Assembly: GCA_051313645.2 (NCBI GenBank)
Contig: JBNRSN020000003.1
Span: 245,148,001 to 245,212,000, forward strand
Length of the DNA: 64,000 nt
Direction: 5' to 3'
DNA from: Centroscyllium fabricii
Lineage: Eukaryota
Shown: one piece after another, positions 38,413-49,027 of the stretch
Layout: every line of letters begins with the position of its first letter
Position numbering within the stretch: position 1 is the stretch's first letter
Translations under genes and position numbers: made by a program
The notes under the pieces: model-generated
The model's database searches: none
What the model saw: only the letters and a program-made list of their open reading frames with translations
Told to the model about the DNA's origin: nothing

Positions 38413-40064
38413 GGGGGTTCGATTTTCAGGGTGGAGAGGCCGCAGGCCGGGCTCCGCTTTGGGAAGGGATTGTCCCGGCTACTGACGGTGAGGGGGGGCA
38501 AGGTCCCGCCGAACTCCATTTTCAGGCTCTTGAGGTGGCACTGGAAATCCAAACCTAGTAAGGCTGGGGCACACAACTGCTGGAGGGTATACAATTTAAA
38601 ATTATGGTACACGTGCCCCTTGACGGTGAGCGTGACGGAGCAGTAGCCGGTGACATCCGCGGTGTGGGACTGTGAAGCTAGGGAGACTTGGTAGTTAGTG
38701 GGCCGGACCTGCAGTCCGCAGCGCTGCACTGTATCGGGGTGTACGAAACTCTCAGTGCTTCCTGTGTCAAAAAGGCAGTTAACAGTGTAGCCGTTAATCT
38801 TAATTGGCATTATAGAGTTAGACAGGGTATGTGGCCTGTCCTGGTTCACTCTGATTCTGGCTGCCGCAGCCGTGCGTTTCCATGTGCGTGGGGCCCTTGC
38901 TGGTCGGGGCTGTACACAAGATGGCGGCGCCCCTGGCTCGCACATGGTGGGGCCCTGGATACAAGATGGCGGCACCCCTGGCCCGCACATGGCGGGGCTC
39001 TGGATACAAAATTGCGTCGCCGGGGGGTCGCACATGGTGGGCCGCTGTGAGCGCGCTGGCGGCGCCCGTGATTCGCACGCAGCGGACCGCGGTGATCGGG
39101 TTGGCGGTGCCCGTGATTCGCACGCAGTGGGCCGCGTTGGGGGGTCGCGCTTGGCCAGCCTTTGCCGCTTCGGGGTGGGAGATGGGGGCGCTTGTTGTCT
39201 ACCCCCGGACCGTCGCTGGATCGCGCTGCTATTGCAGCTTACCTGGTGTCTGTCGGTGCTCTCACAGGCTGCACTGTTGTACCTTGGGTTAGGCGCTGCT
39301 GGAGCTGATCTGCAGGCTTTAGCGTAATGACCTTTCTTAGCGCATCTCTCGCAGGTCGCTGTCCTGGCTGGGCATCTCGCTCTTGGGTGCAGTCCCTGGC
39401 TGCAGAAGTAGCAGCGCTTATCTTTTGTGGCTGTCGCAGCCATCGTGGGGGTCTCAGCCCATTGTGGTGCTGCCCAGGCCTGGGCCCGTTGTGGCGTGGC
39501 CCATATGTCGTAGGCTTGCGGGTTAGTGCCGCTGTACGCCTGTAACTTGTTTCGGGCCCCCTCTACTGAGTTGGCTATCTTAATCGCCTCCTCGAGGGAC
39601 AGAGTGTCTCTTTCCAGTAGCCGCTGGCGGGCTTCCACACACCTTAGTCCCGTAACGTAAGCGTCCCGAACGAGGAGATTCGCCTCCTCTTCGGCTGTTC
39701 TGGCTTGGCAGCCACAGACCCGTACCAGGGCCTGGAGCGCTTGCTCGAACTGCTCATTGGTCTCACCCAGTAGCTGAGATCTGGTTGCAAGCACATGTCG
39801 GGCGTAGACCGAATGGACCGGGCGCTCGTAGCATTTTCGTAGTTGTAGTACAGCCGCTGTGTAGGTTGAGGCGTTCCTGATGAGGGAGAATACCCTGCTG
39901 GAGATCCTCGACCGGAGGACCTGCAGTTTGTTCCTGTCCGTTGTTGCCTTGGCGGCGTCCATGTAGGCCTCCAGGAGGCCGAACCAGTGTTCGAATGTGG
40001 TAGCAGCGGCCATGTCCTGGGGACTGATGTCCAGCTTCTCAGGTTTAACTGCGCTGCTCTCCAT
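38304..40064 (-). CDS. gag: Gypsy gag-protease (two Zn knuckles, 15-aa repeats, aspartic protease)
   Basis: 586-aa ORF with CYFCSQGLHPRARC, CERCAKKGHYAKAC and LFDTGS; leaves the pol frame at a C-run (38413-38417). Confidence 0.85.
   Translation of the reverse strand: MESSAVKPEKLDISPQDMAAATTFEHWFGLLEAYMDAAKATTDRNKLQVLRSRISSRVFSLIRNASTYTAAVLQLRKCYERPVHSVYARHVLATRSQLLGETNEQFEQALQALVRVCGCQARTAEEEANLLVRDAYVTGLRCVEARQRLLERDTLSLEEAIKIANSVEGARNKLQAYSGTNPQAYDIWATPQRAQAWAAPQWAETPTMAATATKDKRCYFCSQGLHPRARCPARTATCERCAKKGHYAKACRSAPAAPNPRYNSAACESTDRHQVSCNSSAIQRRSGGRQQAPPSPTPKRQRLAKRDPPTRPTACESRAPPTRSPRSAACESRAPPARSQRPTMCDPPATQFCIQSPAMCGPGVPPSCIQGPTMCEPGAPPSCVQPRPARAPRTWKRTAAAARIRVNQDRPHTLSNSIMPIKINGYTVNCLFDTGSTESFVHPDTVQRCGLQVRPTNYQVSLASQSHTADVTGYCSVTLTVKGHVYHNFKLYTLQQLCAPALLGLDFQCHLKSLKMEFGGTLPPLTVSSRDNPFPKRSPACGLSTLKIEPPRCSPTSIRSANPLLLRVGGTVRGIARLSGRRSGGC
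38895..39140 (-). repeat. 45-bp tandem repeats within gag
   Basis: CAAGATGGCGGC at 38917 and 38962 with a variant at 39007; CCCGTGATTCGCACGCAG at 39065 and 39110; encodes MC.PG.PPSC / ACESRAPP units. Confidence 0.85.
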
Positions 40065-41920
40065 TTTAAAATACTTAGCGATTAAAATTGACGTATCGTC
40101 AATATCTGAGATTAAAAGAGTCGACGAGTAGTTACCGAAACTAAAGGCTTTTAATCGCTAAGAACGGAGCTACCCTCCGGAACGAACTTCTGTACAGGAA
40201 TGAGGAGCCTCGGTCAGTTTCCACCTATAACGGGCCTCACCTGGGGGAGGAGTTAGAGGTGTGGCTGACCTGGCTCCCAACAGTATTACACAGGTTACAG
40301 GGCTGTGCCTTACATCTGCACAGCCCATTATTGGCACAATAATACAGTGGTAAAACAGTTACATAAAAGGGTTACCACACTGTCCCACAGACTAGTCGAG
40401 CAACAGCCTGACCTAGTCACACTCACAGAATCATACATTTCAGCCAATGTCCCAAACTCCTCCATCACCATTCCTGTCCCACTGGCAGGACAGACCCACC
40501 AGGGGTGGTGGCACAGTGGTATACATTCGGGAAGGAAAGGCCCTGGGAGTCCTCAACATTGGCTCCGGACCCCATGAAGTCTCATGGCTTCAGGTCAAGC
40601 ATGGGCAAGGAAACCTCCTGCTGATTACCACCTACCGCCCTCACTCAGCTGATGAATCTGTACTCCTCCATGTTGAACACCACCTGGAAGAAGCACTGAG
40701 AGTAGCAAGGGCACAGAATGTACGCTGGGAGACTTCAATGTCCATCACCATGAGTAGCTCGGTAGCACCACTGAAGGACATAACTGCCAGACTGGGCCTG
40801 CGACGGGTGGTGAGAGAACCAACATGAGGGAAAAACCTACTTGACGTCGTCCTTGCCAATCTACCTGTCGCAGATGCATCTGTCCATGACAGCACTGAGG
40901 ACAGCCTCCATCGTGTTGTGTGGCACTGCCAACGTGCTGGATGGAATAGATTCTGAACAGATCTAGCAGCTCAACTGGGTATCCATGAGGCGCTGTGGGC
41001 CATCAGCAGCAGCAGAATTGTATTCCAGCACAATCTGTAAACTCATGGCCCAGCATATCCTTCAATCTACCATTATCACCAAGCCAGGGGACCAACCCTG
41101 GTTCAACGAGGAGTGCAGGAGCAGCACCAGGCGCACCTAAAAATGAAGTGCCAACCTGGGGAAGTTGTAACACAGGACTACATGCATGCTAAAAAGTGGA
41201 AGCAGCATGCTATGGACAGAGCTAAGTGATCCCACAATCAACGGATCAGATCAATGCTCTGCAGTCCTGCCACATCCAGTCGTGTATGGTGGTGAACCAT
41301 TAAACAACTAATGGGAGGAGGAGGTTCCATGAATATCCCCATGCTCAATGATGGTGGAGCCCAGCACGTGAGTGCAAAAGACAAAGGTGAAACATTTGCA
41401 ACTATCGTCAGCCAGAAGTGCCAAGTGGATGATCCATATAGGCCTACTCCTGAGGTCCCCACCATCACTGAAGCCAGTCTTCAGCCAATTCGATTCACTC
41501 CACGTGATATCAAGAAACAGCTGAGGGCACTGGATACAGCAAAGGCTATGTGGCAAGTGTCTCACCTCCTGACTCCCAAAAGCTTTTCCACCATCTACCA
41601 GGCACAAGTAGAGTGTGATGGAATACTGTCCACCTGTCTGGATGAGTGTAGCTCCACCATCACTTAAGAGGCTCAACACCATTCAGGACAAAACAGCTCA
41701 CTTGATTGGCACCCCATCCACCACCATAAACATTCACACCCTCCACCATGGGTGTACCGTGGCTACAGTGTATACCATCTACAAGATGCATTGCAGCAAC
41801 TCGCCAAGGCTTCTTCGGCAGCACCTCCCAAACCCGCGACCTCTTCCACCTAGAAGGACAAGGGCAGCAGGCGCATGGGAACACCACCACCTCCAAGTTC
41901 CCCTCCAAGTCACACATCAT

Positions 41921-43080
41921 CCAGTTTTGGTCTCTTGCCTAAGGAAGGATATACTTGCCATAGAGGGAGTGCAACAAAGGTTCACCAGACTGGTTCCTGG
42001 GACGGGGGGGATTGTCCTATGAGGGGCTATTGAGTAGACTAGGCCTACAGGCCTAGAAATTCGGTGGCTTGCGCCTGCCGTTAGCACCCGAAAAGGGTGC
42101 TAATGGGGCACAAAACACTTAGCGCCTGCGCTGCCGCCTCCCGCGGTATTCAGTGGAGCGCTAAGGTGGGCGGTAACTGGTAGCGCCCCACTGAATATTT
42201 CACGCTGCTCACCGCCGGGGATGACGTTATCAGTGCGCGCAGCACCACGCTGGCACCTGTGGCTGAAATTGAGTAGCGTGCGCTGCCCGCGACAGGTTTT
42301 TCCAGCCGTAACTGCAGCAGGGGAGCGCTGCTTAAAGGGGAGGGTGCCGGGCGGCCATTTTTATTGCTGCCAGCACCTTCACCCTCTGCCGCCCCCGGCC
42401 TCCCCTGCTGCCCCCCCTGCGGTATCCTACCTCTGCTCCGTCAGCTCGGCACTTCCCTCACGTGCAGTGCTCGTTCTGCTGCATGGCGACCCATGGTGGC
42501 CCCGCGGGGCTCCGGCTGCAACCGCGCTAGGCCCCTCCCTTTTAATCGGGGAGGAAGGCCTGCAGTACCGCAGGGCGCCACTCAGTGCTGCGTGTCGCAG
42601 CGCCCCCCAGCGCCCGGACCTTCGGCTGTAGCGCCAGAAGAACGAGGTCGGGCACCTGTATTAGCGCCCGACCTCCTACTATGGGCGCTACAGCCAAATT
42701 TGAAACCTACAAAACTCTCTCAGGACTTGACAGGGTAGATACAGGGAGGATGCTTCCCCTGGCTGGGGAGTCTAGAACCAGAGGCCACAGTCTCAGAATA
42801 AGGGGTCGGCCATTTAGGACTGAGAGGAGGAGAAATTCCTTCACTCAGAGGGTGGTGAATCTTTGCAATTCTCTAGCCCAGAGGGCTGTGGAGGCTCAGT
42901 CGTTGAGTATATTTAAGACCGAGATCGATAAATTTTTGAATATTAAGGGAATCAAGGGATACAGAGAGAGTGCAGGAAAGTGGAGTTGAGATACAAGATC
43001 AGTCATTATCTTTTTGAATGGCTGGGCTGGCTCGAGGGGCCAAATGGCCTACTCCTGCTCCTACTTCTTATGTTCTTATG
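41921..43080 (+). mobile_element. CR1 3' end, interrupted by a GC-rich MITE
   Basis: [18 protein letters not shown] ... TRGHSLRIRGRPFRTE; tail CCTACTTCTTATGTTCTTATG. Confidence 0.9.
42050..42700. mobile_element. GC-rich Harbinger-like non-autonomous element, right end truncated
   Basis: Starts GGCCTAGAAATTCGG and ends GCCAAATTT; CpG-rich with repeated TAGCGCC motifs; interrupts CR1 with loss of some CR1 bases. Confidence 0.55.
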
Positions 43081-43579
43081 GTGACCCGTAACTCAGTTCA
43101 ATAGAACTGTTATTTTTTAATACCATTTGGTAACTGGGCTATGTTTGAGCTTGTAAGTTTTTGTGGTGCTGTGAATTCTGCTGGTGCTCCGCAGTGTATG
43201 AATGTCTGCCATGACATACTTCTTTGGTGTACTAGGCTATGTAGCAAGGGGGGTCAGTGGCATGGGGACATGCTACATATCGGTGCTTGCTACTTTCTAT
43301 TCAGTACAAATCCCTGGCAACTGATACAAAATTAGGTGCTTTGTGCAACATTCCCTCTAAGTCTAATTATGTTCCCCAAGCACAGAAGTAATTACATTAA
43401 CATCAATATTTCAGTGACAGACCCACTAACATTTTGAGATAAATCTTATTTGTGAAAGGAGCATGGATTATTAGGGAATTTTACTTCCATAACTGCAAAA
43501 TACTTTTTTGTTACAACTTTCTCCTCTCTTGCTGACGCCAACAGTCCTCTGATACCTCACTTCACAAAGGTCCTCACAT

Positions 43580-44380
43580 CGTACCACAGAAGTTTACAGC
43601 ATTAAAAGGGGCTATTCATCCCATCATGTGTGTGTACTCTTTGCTGCAGTAATCCAAAACTAATCCTGTTATCCTACTCTCTACCCCTCTTTTTCAAGTG
43701 TTTATCCAATTTCTCCTGACAAGATGTGATGTTCTCTGTCTCAGCCACTCCCTGTGGCAAAGCATTTATTGCTCCAATAACCTGGTGTCAAGATTTTTCT
43801 TACCCTCTCTCCTCACTCTTTTAATGACAATTTTTAAAAGGGTGACTCTTACCTAAGGAGATTGCCATTCTCTTGTCTATCAAAGTCCTCCATAATTTAA
43901 AAGACCTGTTAAACATCCCTGTAGCTTTCTCTGCTCCAGTGGAAATAATCCCAGTATCTAAAGTCTCCTTATATTAATGGTTTTCCATCCCTGGCATCAT
44001 CCTGGTGAGTCTACGCGGTTTGCTCTTTATGGCTTAAATGTTGCTTCTATAGTAGGGTGCCCAGAACCGCATACAATATTTTCAACTGCAGCTAATCAAT
44101 GTTTTGTACAAATTTATCTTTACCTCTTTATTCTTGTGCTCTACTCTCCTAATTTATAAAACCCAAAATGCTGTTTTTTAAGGCCTTATCTAACTGCTCT
44201 CGATCTTACAGGGAATTATGTATTTGAACCCCTGTTAATCCACCCCTTCAACATTTTACATTGAGTCTATACTCCCTCACACTAGTCCACATTAAATTGT
44301 ATCTTCTATCTGCCTATTCCGCTAACCTGCCCATGTGTTCCTAAAGATTTTTGAAGTCCCCCTCACAGTTTGCCAAAGCC
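43580..44380 (-). mobile_element. old CR1 3' fragment
   Basis: Degenerate reverse-complement CR1 pattern: CCACAGAAGTTTACAGC tail, CCATCCCTGGCATCATCC, CACATTAAATTG. Confidence 0.6.
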
Positions 44381-44389
44381 CCGACTAAA

Positions 44390-44900
44390 AGAACACCTTC
44401 AGAACACTTCACAGGATGAAAAGCTGGTCACCAAGGAGGTAGCTGAGAAAATTTAGGAGGAAGGAATGGCGAAAGATAATGGCTTCAAGGAGAGTTTTCA
44501 CAGGAGCAAGGAGGCTAGCAAGCCAAAGGAGCTTTGGGAGACAATTCCAGCCACAAGGACATCATGGCTGACTGATGGGCCTCTGATGGTGGAGCGAGAA
44601 GGAAGCAGTAACCTGATGTTAGAGTCCTGAGCACACGATTTGAACAGGGATGGATGTCCAGGAAAGTGTGCTCAGAAAATATGAAGTAATTTAAAGACTT
44701 GGATGAGGACTCTGAACCAGCTTGTTGAGATTTAGAATTCCATTTGAGTTTAGCAAGAACAGGGATGGTCAGCATGTCCGGCTGTGTAAAGGAATTCTGT
44801 ATTATTTGTAGGTTCTGAGGAGCATAGATGGCCAAGAGACCATTGGAGTCAGTAATGCATTAGGTGATGAAGATGTGGATTAGCACCTTCATTAAAGGAA
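44390..44900 (-). mobile_element. old L2-like fragment
   Basis: Purine-rich GGAGACAATTCCAG...TTAAAGACTTGGATGAGG pattern typical of antisense L2 3' regions. Confidence 0.45.
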
Positions 44901-46530
44901 AAATAAGTGCATGAGCAGATAATATGATAGCTATGCCACAATTTAAAAAAAAGGTTTAAAGTTTGTAATACCATCTCCTCTTTCAGAGGTGCTGAAAGAG
45001 CCCCCCATCTTCTTTCCCAGTTGATCGATCTTCTTAATACAAAAGACCTGACTAGCACTGCAATAAATTGCCTTCTTGGGTAGCCCAAACACTATTGGCA
45101 ATTGTAACCGGAGTTCACGGTTGTATTGTTATGTACTTTTATCTCTTAATGCGGAAGAAAAACTAGTTTCAAAATGCACACTTAAAATCAGTCAAATAAC
45201 CGTGTATACTTATAGAGACTCTTTAATGTGTTGCACAAAGCAAGAGTGGATGCAAACAGCTGATAGTAAAATGAGGAACACTCCTCCATTTAAATACATG
45301 CATAATTTTCAAAAAAATCCTATCAATTTGCTGGGTTTCCAACCCAATGAGAATATATATTTTTTAAATATAAGCCATGGTGGGCAAATTTATTTTCCCC
45401 CGGGAGAGAAAATCGGGACCTAATAGTAAGATGCCTTTTTTGTATTAGCCTAATGATGTTAACCATAGCAATCAGCTGAAATTTGAATTTAGTATTTGGG
45501 CATACTTTGTAAATTGCTACAGGAAAGTTGTCAAGCATAGGAAATATCATCCATGAATGTGTATTTAATCAGTTATTTCTTTTGCCATGGTATAATGTGT
45601 CTTTTGTAAACAATTAAACATTTGAACATTTGCAATCTTAATCTAAAGTTAAAAAAGTATTTACTCTTTTGAATTGTTTTGAGCTGCCCTGTAAATACTG
45701 TACACACCCAGATAACTCTCTTAGTGGCTATGCAACATTATGTGTAACTGTGCAGGATGAACAACGAAGGTCAGAGTTCACTCAGGCATGATTTCTACTA
45801 CGTTTCCTAAAGATGGAGGGAGAAATTATGTCAGTTGACTGACAAGAAGGCAATTTGAATGATTGTCCCACAGAACGAGTAACAAGTGGTGTATCTTTGA
45901 TTTATAATTTTTGAATGGAAAAAATTGTAGTGCTTGAGGTCGCATGTCTTTTCCTTAGTGGGGTGACAGTTGAGGTTATGTGAACATTCCAGATGCAGCA
46001 GGACTCTGTGGATTTGAAAACTGGAATTGCGATCTTAATCAGGAATTGTATTGATGGTAAAAGGGCCTGTGAATGTGACCTTAAATAACTGATAAATGAG
46101 GATTAAAAAAAAAAACTTTATTCTGTTCCTAAACTGAGACCTGAATTTGCATATCTTTACGTCTCTGCCTTGTGTGCACTTGGTTCAGATTTGATTTTTT
46201 TTTTGCTCATTGTTCTGCTAAATATCTCTGTCCTGTGTCTTGTTATTTACTTGCCTCCAACAGTCTGTGTTGTTAATTAAAAAAATAATTCTTTAAATTA
46301 GTTTTTTTAATGGAGGATATTGGGAACTCGGTAGAGTGGGAGATTGTTACAAACTTCAGATCTGCTGTAGATATTCTCACAGTTCAGTGGCTTAAGTTAC
46401 TTCCATAAATGGACTTCATGCCTATTCCATTCTGGAGTTAACTCATACTGCCAATATATACATACCTATATGATAGGGTTACCCGGGGATCTAACAATAT
46501 GTCCTCATTGTCATATAGACTTGATACCAT

Positions 46531-47120
46531 GGGGCCAATTTTCATATTTAATGCACATCATACGGGTGTTGGCTGTCACACCACCCACCCAAAATCACTA
46601 GCAAGAGGCCCAAACCATTTTCATGGTCGGGCCTCATTTGAATGTCAACGGTGAGCTGACAGGCAGATTGGGCGGGGAGGGAGGAAATCCAGCGGGGGCA
46701 CAGAAGGACTGCCAACAGGCTGGAAGTGCTTTGTGGGGCCAGCCAAGAGGAACATTCATTGATCTTCCTGACCACGCAAAAAACCTTGAAAACTTGCCTG
46801 CAATGTTTCTGGAGTGGCTTCCAGTGGCTGCATAGGAAATTCTGGTTAGACCACTTTACAGCCAGTAGCAATGGGTGGAGTGTGCACAGAGCACGCTCTT
46901 GATATTAGTGCCTAAAACTTGCATTTGGGTCCTACAACTGGGGTAGGTAGGAGCCCAATTTTAAATTTTAATAAGACTTCTGCCTGTTTCGGGCAGAAGC
47001 ACTGGTGACCAGTGAGCAGTAGGTTTAAAATAAAATGTCACCTGCCTACTGCCCCATTTTTCAGTGTGGAGGGGGCGTGTTGGGAAAATTCCAACCCTCC
47101 ACCCGACACCAGCGCCACCC
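46531..47120. mobile_element. probable degenerate non-autonomous DNA transposon fragments
   Basis: GGGGCCAATTTTC start and GGAAAATTCCAACCC end motifs resemble Harbinger-type ends; GC-richer than flanks; boundaries unclear. Confidence 0.3.
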
Positions 47121-47694
47121 CCCCCCCCCCCCCCCACCCCACCCAATGCCTGAGGCACTTATCCAATCTTTCGATCGGCAGAACTGATGAACACTTGGGT
47201 AAGATGAGATTGATGACAAATCAAGAAGGTCGTTTATTTTGCAGAATATGTGAGACTGAACAAAAGTATTTCCAGACATTCTTAAACATGTACACTGCTT
47301 TCCACAACAGCGCAAAAGAACAACAAAAGGTGCGTTGTTGTGAATAGCAGATAGAATATTCACGTTTTGTTTAGTTTCCTCTCTGGTCAGTTCCAAGCTG
47401 GCAATATTGTTCTGCTATATCTTAATTCCCAGCATAGACCAAAACTTGATTTCGTAATCCTCTGCTAGACCTGACTGACCCTGAACATGAGTCTTTCTCG
47501 CATTTGTTTATTCTGACTCCAGGCAGTAGAGTCTCACCGGACTACCCTGGGAGCTACTGCTGCTGCGCGCAAACGAATTAGATCATGTCAACCAGAACAG
47601 GCGTGAACAATCATTGAAATGTCTAAACTAACTTTAATTGTCTGACACACTCTGGTTCAGACACCCAATCTGAATTCTAATCCGCATGTCCAGC

Positions 47695-49027
47695 CCCATT
47701 GTCCTGTGAATTTAACTGTCGACCGTGAGGGATTATGGAGTGTCCTCCTCAAATTCGGTTGCCCTCAAAAGTTTGTCACCATCCTCCGCCTGCTTCACGC
47801 CAACTTGCAAGCCATGATCCTGACCAACTGTTCCACCACAGACCCAATTAATGTACGGACCAGGGTCAAGCAAGGGTGTGTCATCGCACCAATGCTCTTC
47901 TTGATCTTCCTTGCTGCAATGCTCCATCTCGCCCTCAGTAAGTTCCCTGCTGCAGTGGAGCTAATTTACAGAACAAACGGGAGACTGTTCAACCTCCATC
48001 GCCTCCAGTCCAGATCCAAGGTCGTCCCATCCTCTGTGATTGAATTACAGTATGCAGATGACGCTTGCGTTTACGCTCACTTGGAGGTTGAACTCCAAAC
48101 CATCGTCAACTCCTTCACCGAAGCGTACGAGAGCATGGGCCTTACATTAAACATCCGTAAGACAAAGGTCCTCTACCAACCTGCCCCCGCCATACAGTAC
48201 TGCCCCCCCATTAATAAAACCCATGACAAGACCTTGGACACACTTTCCATACCTCGAGCGCCTACTGGCAAAAAGGGCAGACATCGATGACGAAGTCCAA
48301 TATCTCCTTCAATCTGTCAGTGCAGCCTTCGGTTGCCTGAGGAAGAGCATGCTTGAAGACCAGGACCTCAAACCCGGCACCAAGCTCATGGTCTACAGAG
48401 CAGCAGTGATACCCGCCCTGCTGTATGCCTGAGAGACATGGACCATGTACAGCAGGCACCTCAAAAGCACTGGAGAGGTACCACCAACGCTGCCTCCGCA
48501 AGATCCTGCAAATCCATTGGCAGGATAGGCGCGCCAACGTTGGTGTTCTCGCACAAGCCAACATCCCCAGGATCGAAGCTTTGACCACGCTCGATCAGCT
48601 CTGATGGGCGGGTCACGTCCGCATGCCCGATACGAGACTCCCAAAACAAACACCCTACTCGGAGCTCCGGCACGGCAAGAGAGCCCCAGGTGGACTTAGA
48701 AAACGCTTCAAGAACACTCAAAGCCTCCATTGGAAAAAGTGCAACATCTCCACCGACACCTGGGAATCCCTGGCCCAAGACCGCACAAAGTAGAGGAGAA
48801 GCATCTGGGAAGGTGCCGAACACCTCGAGTCTCTTTGCCGGGAGCAAGCGCAGGCAGCGCAAGGAGCGCACGTCAACCCAAGCACCCCACCCACCCGCCC
48901 CTTCAACCACCGTCTGCCCCACCTGTGACAGAGACTGTAGGTCACGCATTGGACTCATCAATCACCTGCAAACTCATTTTTAGTGAGCAAGTCATCCTCG
49001 GTTCAGAGGGACTGCCTAAGAAGGAGG
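47695..49027 (+). mobile_element. RTE-clade LINE, 5' truncated
   Basis: LWSVLLKFGCPQKFV, VKQGCVIAP, LQYADD, GLTLNIRKTKV, C-terminal CPTCDRDCRSRIGLINH; flanked by a 42-bp direct repeat. Confidence 0.9.

Larger units (their letters stand above)
35603..40379 (-). mobile_element. full-length Ty3/Gypsy LTR retrotransposon (Mag-like), near intact
   Basis: 291-bp LTRs (35603-35893, 40089-40379) with TG..CA ends; 5-bp TSD CTGTC (35598-35602, 40380-40384); PPT CAAGAAGGGGTGAA next to the 3' LTR; order gag-PR-RT-RH-IN. Confidence 0.97.
35276..41920 (+). mobile_element. internally deleted LINE with tRNA-like 5' head, split by the Gypsy insertion (35276-35602 and 40380-41920)
   Basis: A/B-box head; ELSHRLVEQQPDLVTLTESY reads across the Gypsy TSD; DRPTRGGG and TYRP (APE endonuclease); later MEYCPPVW C-terminal motif; most of RT missing. 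Confidence 0.75.

Noticed and set aside
38413-38417. Programmed ribosomal frameshift between protease and RT
   Set aside because: No XXXYYYZ slippery heptamer, and an unusual position after the protease; more likely a 1-bp deletion or sequencing error.
35991-39545. Plus-strand ORFs overlapping the Gypsy element
   Set aside because: Antisense shadows of GC-rich coding sequence with no independent motifs.
44987-45083. Possible coding exon (GAERAPHLLSQLIDLLNTKDLTSTAINCLLG) after TCTCCTCTTTCAG
   Set aside because: No recognisable homology, weak donor and an immediate stop; could be chance.
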